Below, piece by piece: positions 50,332 to 64,000 of a stretch of DNA of 64,000 bases. Under the pieces are notes generated by a model. The model saw only the letters and a list, made by a program, of their open reading frames with translations, did not search any database and had not been told where the DNA came from. Made by a program: the position numbers and the translations under genes. Position 1 is the first letter of the stretch, and each line of letters begins with the position of its first letter. The DNA is from Eledone cirrhosa (lineage: Eukaryota). The stretch lies in NCBI GenBank assembly GCA_964016885.1, contig OZ024760.1:18848001-18912000 (forward strand), written 5' to 3'.

Positions 50332-50483
50332 AAAGGAAATAGGATTTCGCTTCAAGCATAGCTTTATACAATATGTATAAATATTTCGTATCTCCAAAGA
50401 AATACAGTTTTAGGAAGCTGTAGCTAAGCAAACACCGGGGGGCTAACGCCCTCTGGTGATGTCCAGCAGAAGCAAGGGGGACA

Positions 50484-50527
50484 ACCGTCTATGCATTTCA
50501 GGCTTAACTAGCCTTCGTCAGGACGGT
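50484..50527 (-). ncRNA. Type I hammerhead ribozyme, GC-rich, with extended stem I (50461-50554)
   Basis: Minus strand: accgtc-CTGACGA-aggct agtta agcct-GAAA-t gc ATA-gacggt. Distal pairing aagc/gctt and gtccagcag/ctgctggac. Confidence 0.85.
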
Positions 50528-51297
50528 CCCTCCCACCGCTTGCGACTGCTGGACTAGAAGACAGCTGAGAATATATACTTTTCTCGTCTGTGTAAATGAG
50601 GTGATTAATCTCATTTGCATATGAAGCTGCATAAGTTGCCTCTGACAGGACCCACTCGAAGGAGTGTATGAGGACTCTGCCCCCACGACACCTATCAGAA
50701 ATAAGTGGGCGAAGATGAAGAACTTCCCGAGATATCATGTAGAGAGACTGAACCTCGTAAACTTTAGGTCGATGCGAAGAATTTGTAAAAAGAACTTCCC
50801 ATGATATCACCCAGAGTGACTGAACTTAGAACCTTACAACTGAAGTGCGAACATTTTAACCACCCTGCTATTCTTCCTTCCATTTTGTATTAGGAAAGCT
50901 ACGAAAAAATAAAGATGATAAAACGAAACTCCTTTCATGATATTTTTCTCTAATATCTTCTCTTCCGTTTATTAAAGTATATGCAACTGCATTTTATTTT
51001 TATTATTATTTACCCCTTTAATACACGCTTGAATAATTTCATTTTCACTTCCCAGAAAAAAAACACATTCATCTTTACATGAAAAGGCTGTGGAAAAATG
51101 CTCGCCTCCGCCGCCAAGTAATCAACTAGCCGCCATGTTGCATAATCCTCTTTGCTTTATTCTAAATAATTTATCGACCGTTAAATATCGTATTCCACGC
51201 AACAGCAGTAACCGTACACGGAATACTTTATTAATGTTTGACCGAGAAAACACTCATATACGTTCGTGCTAAGAACAGTGGATTTATCACACGGTTA

Positions 51298-51520
51298 AGG
51301 GCGGTGGAGTGACAGAGTTATGAGTGTATCGGCGGCTAAATATTTCGTTGTATTTGTTCCGGGACATTAAGTTCTGAGTTTGAAATCGCTCCGGGGTCAC
51401 CTTTTCATTTCATTTCCTCCTTCTAAGGTCGATAAAATACAGTAACAATCAAATACGTGGAGTTAGTGTAATCAGCTTTACCCTAATCCTAAATTTGTCG
51501 CCTTGTGCCTAAAATAAAAA
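51298..51520 (+). mobile_element. Diverged SINE copy
   Basis: agggcggtggagtgacag head, ctgagtttgaa, ggtcgataaaata, ccttgtgcctaaa tail. Confidence 0.6.
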
Positions 51521-51713
51521 TCCATATTATATTTATATTTCTAACTGTTGGTCACTCAATGGCACCAAACTCCCACTGTCACTGGCTCCATCTCTCCCGC
51601 TCACTCTCCTCAACTCTATGCCCTGTGTAAATGGTCCGTAGGTTATAGTTGGTGTCATAATGAATGTGTGTGTGGTGCGGAGTTTAGGGTCACAAGAAGA
51701 ACCATAAAACTTT

Positions 51714-52205
51714 TCATGTATTGCATACATCACCACCAGCAGAGTTTAAAGAGCAAAGATCAAGTCCAGTCCATAGGTTGACATTATCAAGCCAACATTT
51801 TGGCTGCCGGCCTCTGCTTCTCTTACCAGCCAACCTTCCTTCCTGGCATAACCTACTCACACCACGAGTTGATCTTTTCATATGGCCGTATAGTTTGAGT
51901 ACTCTTGACTTGACAATTGATGTAATTGGTCCAAGTTTGGTAATGTTGAGCAGCTCACTGATACAGATACGGTCGCTGAGCTGCTTGCCAGTCATAGGTC
52001 TCATGATGTAGTTCTGGAATGTAGAGGGTTTCTGATGTGACCTTGTCGTCCAATTAAGACAGTCAAGACCATATAACACAACTGGTATGATGTAAGTATC
52101 AAAGAGCTTAGCCTTCAAATGATAGGAAACTCGTTTTGATGTTAGTACTTCCGTGTTCTTGTTGAAAGCTGCCCAGCATAAAGCTATGCGCAGCAACAAT
52201 TCCAT
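51714..52205 (-). mobile_element. RTE-clade LINE ORF C-terminal remnant
   Basis: RIALCWAAF...KAKLFDTYIIPVVLYG...LKLYGHMKR...EGRLAGKRSRGRQPKCWLDNV. Confidence 0.8.
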
Positions 52206-52745
52206 TGTTTTCTTGTAAGAATTGTTATTTTAAGATATATATTCTACTCGAATTTTGAACTCCAGTGTAAAAAGGCGTTTACAAATAAATCAAACTAACA
52301 GAATTTATACTCGTTTAATGTATCGCAGATACTTGTTGGAATCTACAGGAAATATATTGAATTAAAGGAGACTTTATGGTTTGATGTTAAATTTGTACAC
52401 TAATGTGAACATGTTTCCAATAAATTAGATTAATACGTAAGGCACGAGAGAAAAATAACTGTCATGATAATATATAAAGACATCTTATATATAATTATAT
52501 ATTAAATACAAACAAAACAAAAAAACAAAAAAAAACGATGAGAATAAATCACAACATTGCTCACGAACAACAAGTTACAATAACGGTAATTTATATAAAG
52601 CTTAAAATACGTATGGAAGTAGTTTCCAACGTTAATCCTTCATCAAAAAAAAAAAGGACAAAAAAAGAGACGAATGTTTAGGAGAGAAGATAAAGGAAGA
52701 CAAACGGCAGGGCTCAAGCCGTCGAAACGTATATACGTATATACG

Positions 52746-52780
<35 letters not shown>

Positions 52781-52932
52781 ATATATGTCAAAACGGCTTG
52801 AGCTCTGCCGTCGGGGTTAAACATTTTCCTATATATATATATATATATATACACACACATATATATACACACATATATATATACATATATATACTTATAT
52901 ATGTGTATATATATTTATATATATATATATAT

Positions 52933-53403
52933 GCAGGAGGTGAGTTTTATTGTAGCACAATAAAGCAATGCAAATATCGGGTAAGTAGCACTCAACAGTT
53001 TATAGGACTGGATTATAAATAATATAAAATCAAAAGATGGTTAAAAGAGTTCCATGTATTTTATTATGCGCATTTCAAAAACAAATATCATCATGGGATG
53101 ATATTTGCGTTCTCATCAGAAACAAACTTGGACTCTAAGCTCATAATTCATTTAACCATATCTTCTTAATATATTTTATTTTAATAATACATTTTAATAA
53201 ATTCCTTTTCGCACATCTTATTAAACCCTTCAATAAACCTTAAATAAATAGTATTCTTAATTCCTTTTTCTTTAATCATAAGCATCACCATTCATAAACC
53301 TCATTAACTTTTAATTTCTAAATTTTTTTAAATTATGTATTATCTTACAACGGCTTTTAAAATTTTTTCTCTGTGAGACAGTGTTTCTCAGTATTAAAGG
53401 TTA

Positions 53404-53444
<41 letters not shown>

Positions 53445-53760
53445 CTCGTTTTCTCCTCCTCTCTCATCCTTCCTTCTTATACTCCTCCTCCGTCATCCTT
53501 TCCTTATTATTATATTTTTTTCTTCTCTTTATATTTTTTCTTCCTCTCCTTTACCTTTTCTTTCCCCCTTTCTTTCCTTTTTTCCAATCTCATATATCCC
53601 TCTTATTTCATTTTTCATATGTTGATTTAACACTTCACTGCTCGCAAGTGTTTTAAAGCTATTTTATCTGATGAGAACGCAAATATCATCCCATGATGAT
53701 ATTTGTTTTTGAAATGCGCATAATAAAATACATGGAACTCTTTTAACCATCTTTTGATTT

Positions 53761-53770
<10 letters not shown>
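52933..53770 (-). mobile_element. Penelope-type insertion with inverted arms and tail (family of 21790-22214)
   Basis: Tail 52933-53018. Arms ~53019-53120 and ~53667-53768 are separated by a ~500 bp AT/CT-rich spacer. Confidence 0.7.
53660..53730 (+). ncRNA. Type I hammerhead ribozyme
   Basis: tattttat-CTGATGA-gaac gcaaatatcatc ccat gatgatatttgt tttt-GAAA-t gcgc ATA-ataaaata. Confidence 0.8.
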
Positions 53771-53804
<34 letters not shown>

Positions 53805-54212
53805 GCACACACGCACACAGATACACACTCATATATAGAGAGAATAGTCTTCTAACACTCTTTTATATATATAGACACAACTACTATTAAATAACTTGAA
53901 TTAAACTACTTGAAAAATGATTTACAATTTTAACTTGAAACACTACAGTCATTTTAGGTAATAGAATTTTACCTGGCAACGATATATAAGATTAAATATT
54001 GTACAAGTAGAGGACAGACTGACTGTTATAGGTTGTCATAAAGTTTGAATGAATGAAACCAGACGATAGTTTCTATTCACTACTATATTCTTTTATAGCA
54101 GTGTTTCAGCTATAAGATGCTAAGAGTAGAAATACTCATTTAACTCGTTTGAGCAGGGTTTCTTCTCGGAAGACCTTCTGCTGTCCAGCTCTCCTGAAAA
54201 TGGGTGTTTGTT

Positions 54213-54270
<58 letters not shown>

Positions 54271-54366
54271 AATGAAGTAATTCCATCGGAAAAGTCCAGG
54301 AAAAAAGAGTGCTCTATGTAGGCAACAGGTTTTTAGAATCCAAATTCAATAAACAAACCAGGATTT

Positions 54367-54424
54367 TTCATTCTGAGGATTGAAAGCAAAACCTTTTGCT
54401 TTTAAGAAACCACTGGTAAATGGA
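54367..54424 (+). ncRNA. Type I hammerhead ribozyme
   Basis: ttcatt-CTGAGGA-ttgaaagcaaaa cc ttttgcttttaa-GAAA-cc act gGTA-aatgga. Confidence 0.8.
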
Positions 54425-54621
54425 ATAATTGCCTTATGTTGTTTATTACATAATAATAATATATATATATATAAAATTAAATTAGGGGTGTCATGTTCGA
54501 GAGACATGCGCCATATCCACATATATTTGAAGTTCTAGTTAAACTTTAATTAGTTACCTACCTACACTTTACAAATTATCCCCTGTGATTGTTTCATGTG
54601 TTTATTTTAGATATATATATA

Positions 54622-54684
<63 letters not shown>

Positions 54685-54839
54685 GTGTGTGTGTGTGTGT
54701 GAGAGAAAAACCACAGACCCTCCATCTCAAATCTACTTTTGAAAAGAAGAACTGCGAAACCGGTAAAGGAACCAAATAAATATATATATATTTTTTAAAA
54801 ATAAGACTCCAGTTGCATTTTTGATTTCATCTTTTTTTC

Positions 54840-55202
54840 TATGTATATATATATATATACACTGTACGTATATATATACGTATATATATATATATATACA
54901 CATATATATATGTACATATATATATATGTACATATATACGTATATATATACATATATATATATATGTACGTATATATATACATACATATATATATATATG
55001 TACATATATATGTACATATATATATATACGTATATATGTACATATATATATATACGTATATATGTACATATATATATATACGTATATATGTACATATATA
55101 TATATACGTATATATGTACATATATATATATATGTACATATATATATATACGTATATATGTACATATATATATATATGTACATATATATATATACGTATA
55201 TA

Positions 55203-55253
<51 letters not shown>

Positions 55254-55260
55254 GTATATA

Positions 55261-55294
<34 letters not shown>

Positions 55295-55320
55295 CGTACA
55301 TATATACGCATATATAAATG

Positions 55321-55365
<45 letters not shown>

Positions 55366-55390
55366 GTACATATATACGCATATATAAATG

Positions 55391-55430
<40 letters not shown>
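54840..55430. repeat. (TA)n field with TACGTA/TGTACA units
   Basis: Direct inspection. Confidence 0.95.
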
Positions 55431-55433
<3 letters not shown>

Positions 55434-55694
55434 CACGGGAAATCGTTTTTATATGGCTGTCGTAATGCTGAGCATGTCCAAATCTCACGTCGAGGCTCTT
55501 AAGAATCTAATCTCGTATCTGCGTGATTGATAAGTTCCATTGAGAAAACTGAAATGTTGTCAATGTCAAATCTTACATCTATAATTTAATACCTTCCTAC
55601 AGAAAATGTCTAAATTCAACAGAATGAAGTAACTCCTGTAAGAATTGATCAGATGCCACTGTCTTTCCATCGCATCTTTTTGAAATCATTATTT

Positions 55695-55881
55695 GTCGAT
55701 TGGCAGTATCGGTAGGGGGGTCGAACGCCATGCTTTTACGCATATAGTTACGGCCCTTGCCATTCTGAGTTCAAATCCTGCCGAGGTTAACTTTGCCTTT
55801 CATCCTTACGGGGTCGATAAAATAAAGTACCAGTAATAGACTGGTTATTTGCTGGCCTTGTGCCAAAAGTAGAAACAATTA
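55695..55881 (+). mobile_element. SINE copy
   Basis: Closely similar to 18318-18503. Confidence 0.85.
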
Positions 55882-56023
55882 TTTGTTTAACGTATTTATA
55901 TGATCAGGTGTTATTGTCAAACACCGGCCAAATGTACTGATATATATATATTTATTAATATATATTTATTTATATGTATTTATATATTTATATATATGTG
56001 TGAATGAAGTAATTCCGTCGGAA

Positions 56024-56090
<67 letters not shown>

Positions 56091-56140
56091 TTATAAATAT
56101 CTCTATATATATATATTTATATATATATATTTATATTTAT

Positions 56141-56172
<32 letters not shown>

Positions 56173-56865
56173 ACATTCTTTTATTCTTTAACTGCTTTCA
56201 TTCGTCAGATAGCGGCCATGTTGGGATGCAACCCTAAAGGGATTTAGTCGTTCTTATCGACTCCAATATACATAACACACACACACATATATATGAAAGG
56301 TGAAGCTGGAAAAAGCACGGAAAATAAATATACTTTAGGATCTGTTTTTCTTTTTTTTTTTCCTTTCTTTGATTCGTCAAAGTGACATTATTGAAAAAAT
56401 CAGCGGGACAATTCTTTTAAAAAAGAGTTTTATAATGTATATAAAGTATTATACACATTATATATCACATATATATATATCCTTCCATATACTGTACCGA
56501 TTGTGTTGTTATTTCTGTTTCCCTTTTACAAATATATATATATTTAAAAAAAGGAAAATAATGACTTCACTTGTAGTTCTAAACAATTTGATTTAATTTT
56601 ATAATATTATAATTTGGTAGATCCAGTAAGTTCTTAGTTAACTTCGGTGGGAAGATTTTTAAAGATTCCTGGTTAACTTTCTTGGAGAACTTTCTCGCAT
56701 TCTTCGGTGGCGATTGTCAAACTGAGATCAGGTTGTGTTGTGATGTGTGACTCTATATATGAGAGATTTGTGTGTGTCTGGGGTGGGTGTGTTAATGAGT
56801 GTGGGAGTAAAGGAGTGTTAATGAAGATTTAAAGGAATTAAAGCATATATATATAATATAGAAAT

Positions 56866-56916
56866 GGCTTCTACAGGACTAGAACTGTTTCATTCGGGAG
56901 AAATCATCAGGAAGCC
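56866..56916 (-). ncRNA. Type I hammerhead ribozyme
   Basis: Minus strand: ggcttc-CTGATGA-t ttc tccc gaa t-GAAA-cag ttctagtc ctGTA-gaagcc. Complete copy of the 29454/30316 family. Confidence 0.8.
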
Positions 56917-57117
56917 GGCTGTCCAAGTAATATGGTGGTATTTATATCTTTTCTGGTGGTAGGAGAGGGTGGTGATTGGGATGGGTGGAGTTCATTGGTT
57001 GATTTAAAGAAAAGGGAATTCTTTAGAAACTATATTTAAAATAACAAGGGCAGAAACAATTCTATAGACAGGTTCACATTGTGGGTTCCACTCCTGAATT
57101 TTAAGGTTCACTTAAGC

Positions 57118-57178
<61 letters not shown>

Positions 57179-58479
57179 AGGGATTGTAACTTGGAGTTAC
57201 TGTAGGTTCACCCGGGTGAGCACTCGATGTTTAGGTTCACTTCTGTGTCGAGGTGTAGAGCTAGACAGAGTGTATTACTATATATATATATGAATATATA
57301 TATATATATATATATACAGAAAATAGTGAATGGTAACAGCAAGATAATTGATTGGGAGTGGTGTTGAGTTGTTTAAGGACTGTTGAAAAAAGGGGTTGTA
57401 AACGAGTGCTCCTGCTGGTTCCATTTCAGTTCTATTTTGGTCGGGCAGAGATATGACTTCTAATTTCTTCGTCTCTTCATACATAAAGTCGATTTCGAAA
57501 GGATAAACATAGAGAAAGAGAATGTATTCCAGTATATAACTGGTACATTGGTTTTTGGTTGAGAAGGAATGAAAGGCAAATTTCTCCTTGATTGGATTAG
57601 AACTGAATTCAGAGCTGAGACAGACGTGGAAAAAAATGCTAAAGATTTCTGTTCTATTCGACACTCTAACGACATCATTAATTTTCCGCCATATTTCGTT
57701 GTGCACAAATAAAAAGGTGAACGTGACCATATAAGGTGATTATACTCTCTTCAAGATTCTCAAGATTCTATAATATTTTAATGCTCTTTGATACAAATAT
57801 TTAAAAAGTGAAGTGGACAAAATAAAAACAAAAAAAAAAAAACAAAAAAAAAACAAAAAAAAAACAAACAAAAAAAAACGATTTACAATTTCTTGAAATT
57901 CACCCGGGGGAAAAAACTCAAACTCAAATTCAAATCGCATATATTAAATATATAGCTTAGAAAACAAACAAGAAAAATGAAAAAACAAACTAAAATAAAT
58001 TTACAAATTAATAAACATATAATGAAATTAAACAAAAACAACAATAAAAAACAAAAAAAGCTTTTAAATTAAGGAGCTACGTTTTTATCGTGTAATTAAC
58101 CATAAAAACAGTCTTTTGTGATGAATGAGAAGTCGTACCCTGGGGTATAGATGCATTCCACCACTTGACAATGTGAAGAAAAGAGTTCAACAAGAAGGAC
58201 AACAAAACACTTTAAATATGTATTGTATGACTGGTTTCTTATAGAAACAATATTTATTCAATATTTGTTCAATTGCAGATTGTATTCTTGTTAATTGAGC
58301 GTGTGGTAATATTCAAGATGGCGTCATTTCTAATGTAAAATATTTAAATATTTAATAAAGAGAGGGAATATATGAAATAATTATATATATATGTATATAT
58401 ATGTGTGTATATATATATATTTCTTTAATAACAGATTAAAGTTTAAGCAAAGAATCGCTGCTTTCACCCTTAATGGGAT

Positions 58480-59317
58480 ATATATATGTGTGAGTGTGTC
58501 TGTATATATATGTCTGAGTGTGTCTGTATATATATAATGTTTGTGTGTGTATATATATATGTATGTGTGTGTATATATATATATGTATGTGTGTATATAT
58601 ATAATGTATGTATATAATGTATATATATATATATAATGTATATATATATATATAATGTATATATATATATATATAATGTATATATATATATATATAATGT
58701 ATATATATATATATAATGTATATATATATATATATAATGTATATATATATATATAATGTATATATATATATATATAATGTATATATATATATATATAATG
58801 TATATATATATATATATAATGTATATATATATATATAATGTATATATATATATATATAATGTATATATACATATATATAATGTATGCATATATTCATATA
58901 TATAATGTATGTATATATATATATATAATGTATGTATATATATATATAATGTATATATACATATATATAATGTATGTATGTATATATATATATATATATA
59001 ATGTATGTATGTATATATATATATATATATATAATGTATGTATGTATATATATATATATATATAATGTATGTATGTATATGTATATATATATATATAATG
59101 TATGTATATATATATATAATGTATGTATATATATATATAATGTATGTATGTATATATATATATAATGTATGTATGTATGTATATATATAATGTATGTATG
59201 TATATATATATATAATGTATGTATGTATGTATATATATAATGTATGTATGTATATATATATATATATATATAATGTATGTATGTATATGTATATATATAT
59301 ATATATATATGTATATA

Positions 59318-59348
<31 letters not shown>

Positions 59349-60557
59349 ATGTATGTATATCATCTCATCATCATCATCTCATTTTACGTCCACTTTTCCC
59401 TGCTTGCAAGGGTGGGACGGGAACTGATTCTGGCTTGATTTCTACAGCTGGATGCCCTTCCTAACACCAACCTCATTTACAGTGAGTGCTGGGTGCTTTT
59501 TTGCCGTGGCACCTCCACGACCACTTTGCAGTGGAATGATAGGGACCCCAATCCCTATCATCTCATTTCTACAGCTGAGTAAACTGGAGCAATGTGAAAT
59601 AAAGTGCCTTGCTCAAGGAAACAACACATCACCCGGTCTGAGAATTGAACTCACAACCTTTTGATTGCAAGGCCAATGCTCTAACCACTAAGCCATGTGC
59701 CTCCATGAATATATATATACATGTATATGTATATATATATATATAATGTATGTATATGTATATATATATATATAATGTATGTATATGTATATATATATAT
59801 ATATATATAATGTATGTATATGCATATATATATATATAATGTATGTATATGTATATATATATATATAATGTATGTATATGTATATATATATATATATAAT
59901 GTATGTATATGCATATATATATATATAATGTATGTATATGTATATATATATAGATAATGTATGTATATGTATGTATATATATATAATGTATGTATATATA
60001 TATAATGTATATATATATAATGTATGTATATATATATAATGTATGTATATATATATATATATATAACGAATGTATATATATATATATGTATATACATATA
60101 ATGTATATATATATATATATGTATATATATAATGTATATATATGTATATATAATGTATATATATGTATGTATATATATGAATGTATATATATATGTATAT
60201 GTATATATATATGTATATGTATATATATATATAATGTATATATATATATGTATATATATATATAATGTATATATATGTATGTATATATATAATGTATATA
60301 TATATATAATGTATATATATATATGTATATATATATAATGTATATATATATAATGTATATATATATATGTATATATATATAATGTATATATATATATATG
60401 TATATATATATAATGTATATATATATATAATGTATATATATATATGTATATATATATAATGTATATATATATATATATGTATATATATGTATGTATATAT
60501 ATATGTATGTATATATATATATGTATGTGTATATATATGTATGTGTATATATATGTG

Positions 60558-60593
<36 letters not shown>

Positions 60594-60717
60594 TGTATAT
60601 ATTTATATGTATATATATATTTATATGTATATATATATGTATATATATATATATGTATATATGTATATATATGTATATATATATATATATGTATATATGT
60701 ATATATGTATATATATG

Positions 60718-60750
<33 letters not shown>

Positions 60751-61048
60751 GTATATATATATAATATATGTATATATTATATGTATATATATATAATATA
60801 TGTATATATTATATGTATATATATGTATATATTATATATATATATAATATATGTATATATATATGTATATATATATATGTATATATATATAATGTATGTA
60901 TATATATATAATGTATATATATATATATATAATGTATGTATATATATAATGTATATATATATATATATATATAATGTATGTATATATATATATGTATATA
61001 TATATATATAATGTATGTATATATATATATGTATGTATATATATATAT
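58480..61048. repeat. TATAATG/(TA)n field interrupted by a SINE
   Basis: Direct inspection. Confidence 0.95.
59360..59705 (-). mobile_element. Second tRNA-derived SINE family with (GAT)n tail
   Basis: Minus head ggaggcacatggcttagtggttag...gagttcaatt, central ccttgagcaaggcactttatttcac, 3' ggcatccagctgta...ggacgtaaaatgagatgatga. A related 3' part lies at 46262-46430. Confidence 0.75.
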
Positions 61049-62568
61049 AACTTTGAATAACTTTGAAATGTTTTGGCCAGTATTGGCCCAGGCCATGTCT
61101 AACTTAATAGCACCACCTGGCGAAGTCTTTCAATTCAGGATTTGGGCACCATGGCCCATTCGAGAAGAGAATTACTGTTTGCGGAGACATATCCGGGTGT
61201 GGGTGGTTTGTCCGGGATTACTTGGAGGAATTTGTCCAAAGACTTCTTGAATTTTGTGTGGTCAGTTTCTGTTTTGACGTGTCCTGGTGTGATGTTGAAG
61301 AGAGCAGGGCCGATTGAGGTGAAATAATTGTGCCGTATTGTTGTTATGAGTTGCGATTTAGATTTTTGAATGGGACGGATAGCACGGGGCCCAAGCCTTG
61401 GGTGTATCTTGAAGGCGATGCCAACATCATTTGGGCAGTGATGATGGAACATTTTCCACATCATGCAGATAATATAACGCTCACGGCGACGTTGGAGTGA
61501 GTAAAGTTTCAGGTTTTCCAATCGACCCCAGTAGTCAAGGTCTGACATGCCATCTATCTTTTTCGTGATTGCCCTTTGAGGAGCTTCAAGTTTCATGATA
61601 CTTTGTTTCGTGTGGGGAGACCACAGTGGACAACAGTATTCAAGGTGTGGTCGGGCGAAAGTAGAGAAGAGAAGGATAATGGTGCGGGAATCTCTCGACT
61701 GGAAGGTTCTGAGGATCCAGGAACACATTCTGCGGGCCATGTCAACTTTGCTGCTTATATGCGTGGTCCAGCTTATGTTGCTGTCCACGGTTACTCCCAA
61801 GTCTCTGATGTTGTTAGATGCCACGAGAGTTTCCCCGGAGGGAAGGGAGTACGGGAGTTTCAGAGCATCCTCTTTTCCAAAGTGGATCAGTTCGAATTTG
61901 TCTTCGTTCAGTAACATGTTGTTCTTTTCTGCCCATTGGGTAACAGCCAGTAGGTCTGACTGAAGGCTTATCCGGTCATCCACGCCATTGATGACCTTTT
62001 GGAGCTTGGAATCATCAGCGAAAATTTTAATGTTGCTGTGTTTGATGATGTCAGTGATGTCATTAATATAGATGATGAAGAGAAGTGGGCCCAACACAGT
62101 GCCTTGTGGGACTCCACTACTGACTTTGGCTGGGCTTGATTTGACTCCCTCAACTACAACATGTTGGGTTCTGTTTGACAGGAAGCTCTTGATCCACTGC
62201 AGCAGCTTTCCAGTGACACCAATATTGGACAGCTTTCTCAGTAGAATGTTATGATCAACCCTGTCAAAGGCCTTGCTGAAATCAAGGTAGATAACATCAG
62301 TGTTGGAACCCTCTCCCAAGGCTCTCAAAATGTCATCAAAGTGATGCAGTAGTTGCGTCAGGCAATCCCTTCCATTACGGAATCCATGCTGGTTGGAGTT
62401 CAGCATATTGTTACTCTCAAGGAAGTGGGTCATTCGCGATCTCACCACTCGCTCAAATACCTTAATGATATGAGAGGTGAGTGAGATTGGACGGTAATTC
62501 ACGGCAAGGGATTTGTTTCCCTTTTTGAAAACTGGGACAACAGACTGGGATAGAAGGTTTTCTGGCAC
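61049..62568 (-). mobile_element. 5'-truncated CR1-group LINE
   Basis: RT ORF plus ~85 nt 3' UTR with hairpin ggcca-atac-tggcc and terminal (ttcaaagtta)x2. Inserted in a TA-rich microsatellite. Confidence 0.9.
61135..62568 (-). CDS. Non-LTR retrotransposon reverse transcriptase (CR1-like), N-terminally truncated, 477 aa open
   Basis: [47 protein letters not shown] and RPHLEYC motifs. Confidence 0.9.
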   Translation of the reverse strand: MPENLLSQSVVPVFKKGNKSLAVNYRPISLTSHIIKVFERVVRSRMTHFLESNNMLNSNQHGFRNGRDCLTQLLHHFDDILRALGEGSNTDVIYLDFSKAFDRVDHNILLRKLSNIGVTGKLLQWIKSFLSNRTQHVVVEGVKSSPAKVSSGVPQGTVLGPLLFIIYINDITDIIKHSNIKIFADDSKLQKVINGVDDRISLQSDLLAVTQWAEKNNMLLNEDKFELIHFGKEDALKLPYSLPSGETLVASNNIRDLGVTVDSNISWTTHISSKVDMARRMCSWILRTFQSRDSRTIILLFSTFARPHLEYCCPLWSPHTKQSIMKLEAPQRAITKKIDGMSDLDYWGRLENLKLYSLQRRRERYIICMMWKMFHHHCPNDVGIAFKIHPRLGPRAIRPIQKSKSQLITTIRHNYFTSIGPALFNITPGHVKTETDHTKFKKSLDKFLQVIPDKPPTPGYVSANSNSLLEWAMVPKS

Positions 62569-62574
62569 AGAATA

Positions 62575-62783
62575 TAATATAATATATATATAATGTATGT
62601 ATATATATGTATGTATATATACATATATATGTATGTATATATATATATGTATGTATGTATATATATATATGTATGTATATATATATATGTATGTTTATAT
62701 ATATATAAGTATGTATATATATATATATGTATGTATATATATATACGTATGTATATATATATATGTATGTATATATATATATG

Positions 62784-62814
<31 letters not shown>

Positions 62815-63181
62815 GTATGTATATATATATGTATGTATATATATATGTATGTATATATATATGTATGTATATATATATGTATGTATATATATATGTATGT
62901 ATATATATATGTATGTATATATATATGTATGTATATATATATGTATGTATATATATATGTATGTATATATATATGTATGTATATATATATGTATGTATAT
63001 ATATATGTATGTATATGTATATATATGTATGTATATGTATATATATGTATATATATGTATATATATGTATATATATATGTATATGTATATGTATATGTAT
63101 ATATATGTATATGTATATGTATGTATATGTATATATATGTATATGTATGTATATGTATATATATGTATATGTATATATATG

Positions 63182-63212
<31 letters not shown>

Positions 63213-63213
63213 G

Positions 63214-63294
<81 letters not shown>

Positions 63295-63295
63295 G

Positions 63296-63328
<33 letters not shown>

Positions 63329-63618
63329 GTATATATATATATATGTATATATGTATATATATATATATATATATGTATGTATATGTATATGTATATATAT
63401 GTATATATATGTATATGTATATGTATATATATGTATATATGTATATATATGTATATATGTATATATATGTATATATATGTATATATGTATATGTATATAT
63501 ATATGTATATATATGTATATATGTATATATATGTATATATGTATATATATGTATATGTATATATATGTATATATGTATATATATGTATATATATGTATAT
63601 ATATGTATATGTATATAT

Positions 63619-63650
<32 letters not shown>

Positions 63651-63652
63651 GT

Positions 63653-63684
<32 letters not shown>

Positions 63685-63696
63685 GTATATATATGT

Positions 63697-63728
<32 letters not shown>

Positions 63729-63957
63729 GTATATATATGTATATGTATATATATATATATGTATGTATATATATATATATGTATATGTATATATATATAT
63801 GTATATGTATATATATATATGTATATGTATATATATATATATGTATATGTATATATATATAATGTATGTATATATATATATATGTATATGTATATATATA
63901 TATATGTATGTATATATATATAATGTATGTATATATATATATATGTATATGTATATA

Positions 63958-63996
<39 letters not shown>

Positions 63997-64000
63997 TAAT
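62575..64000. repeat. (TA)n/TATG field
   Basis: Direct inspection. Confidence 0.95.

Noticed and set aside
57278-57730. 150 aa ORF on the minus strand
   Set aside because: No recognisable motif, a GTG start, and it runs into a microsatellite.
59630-59705. tRNA-like sequence
   Set aside because: It is the tRNA-derived head of a SINE, with no proper acceptor stem and continuing into the SINE body.
61576-62254. Plus-strand ORFs overlapping the RT (and 12816-13061 over the GPCR)
   Set aside because: Antisense shadows of real coding sequence.

Overview
Eukaryotic, very AT-rich, repeat-dominated genomic DNA. The SINE types and huge degenerate (TA)n fields look cephalopod/octopus-like (inference). 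There is one clear host gene: a single-coding-exon rhodopsin-class GPCR of the allatostatin-C/somatostatin receptor type (12239-13471, minus). The rest is microsatellite fields and transposon remnants: a 5'-truncated Penelope-like element (PLE) with a GIY-YIG domain and inverted pLTRs, a CR1-type RT, RTE and Tx1-like LINE 3' ends, tRNA-derived SINEs, a deleted mariner, and two tandem arrays (94 bp x ~68, 151 bp x ~8) amplified from the 3' end of one RTE family. The main hidden signal is a dense set of type I hammerhead ribozyme (HHR) motifs: about 11 complete and several degenerate or truncated, from multiple sequence families. Many sit in short hairpin-plus-tail PLE mini-insertions in (TA)n whose fold-back points fall inside the ribozyme. 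All long YI/IY-type ORFs are microsatellite artefacts. All folding and alignment was done by eye.
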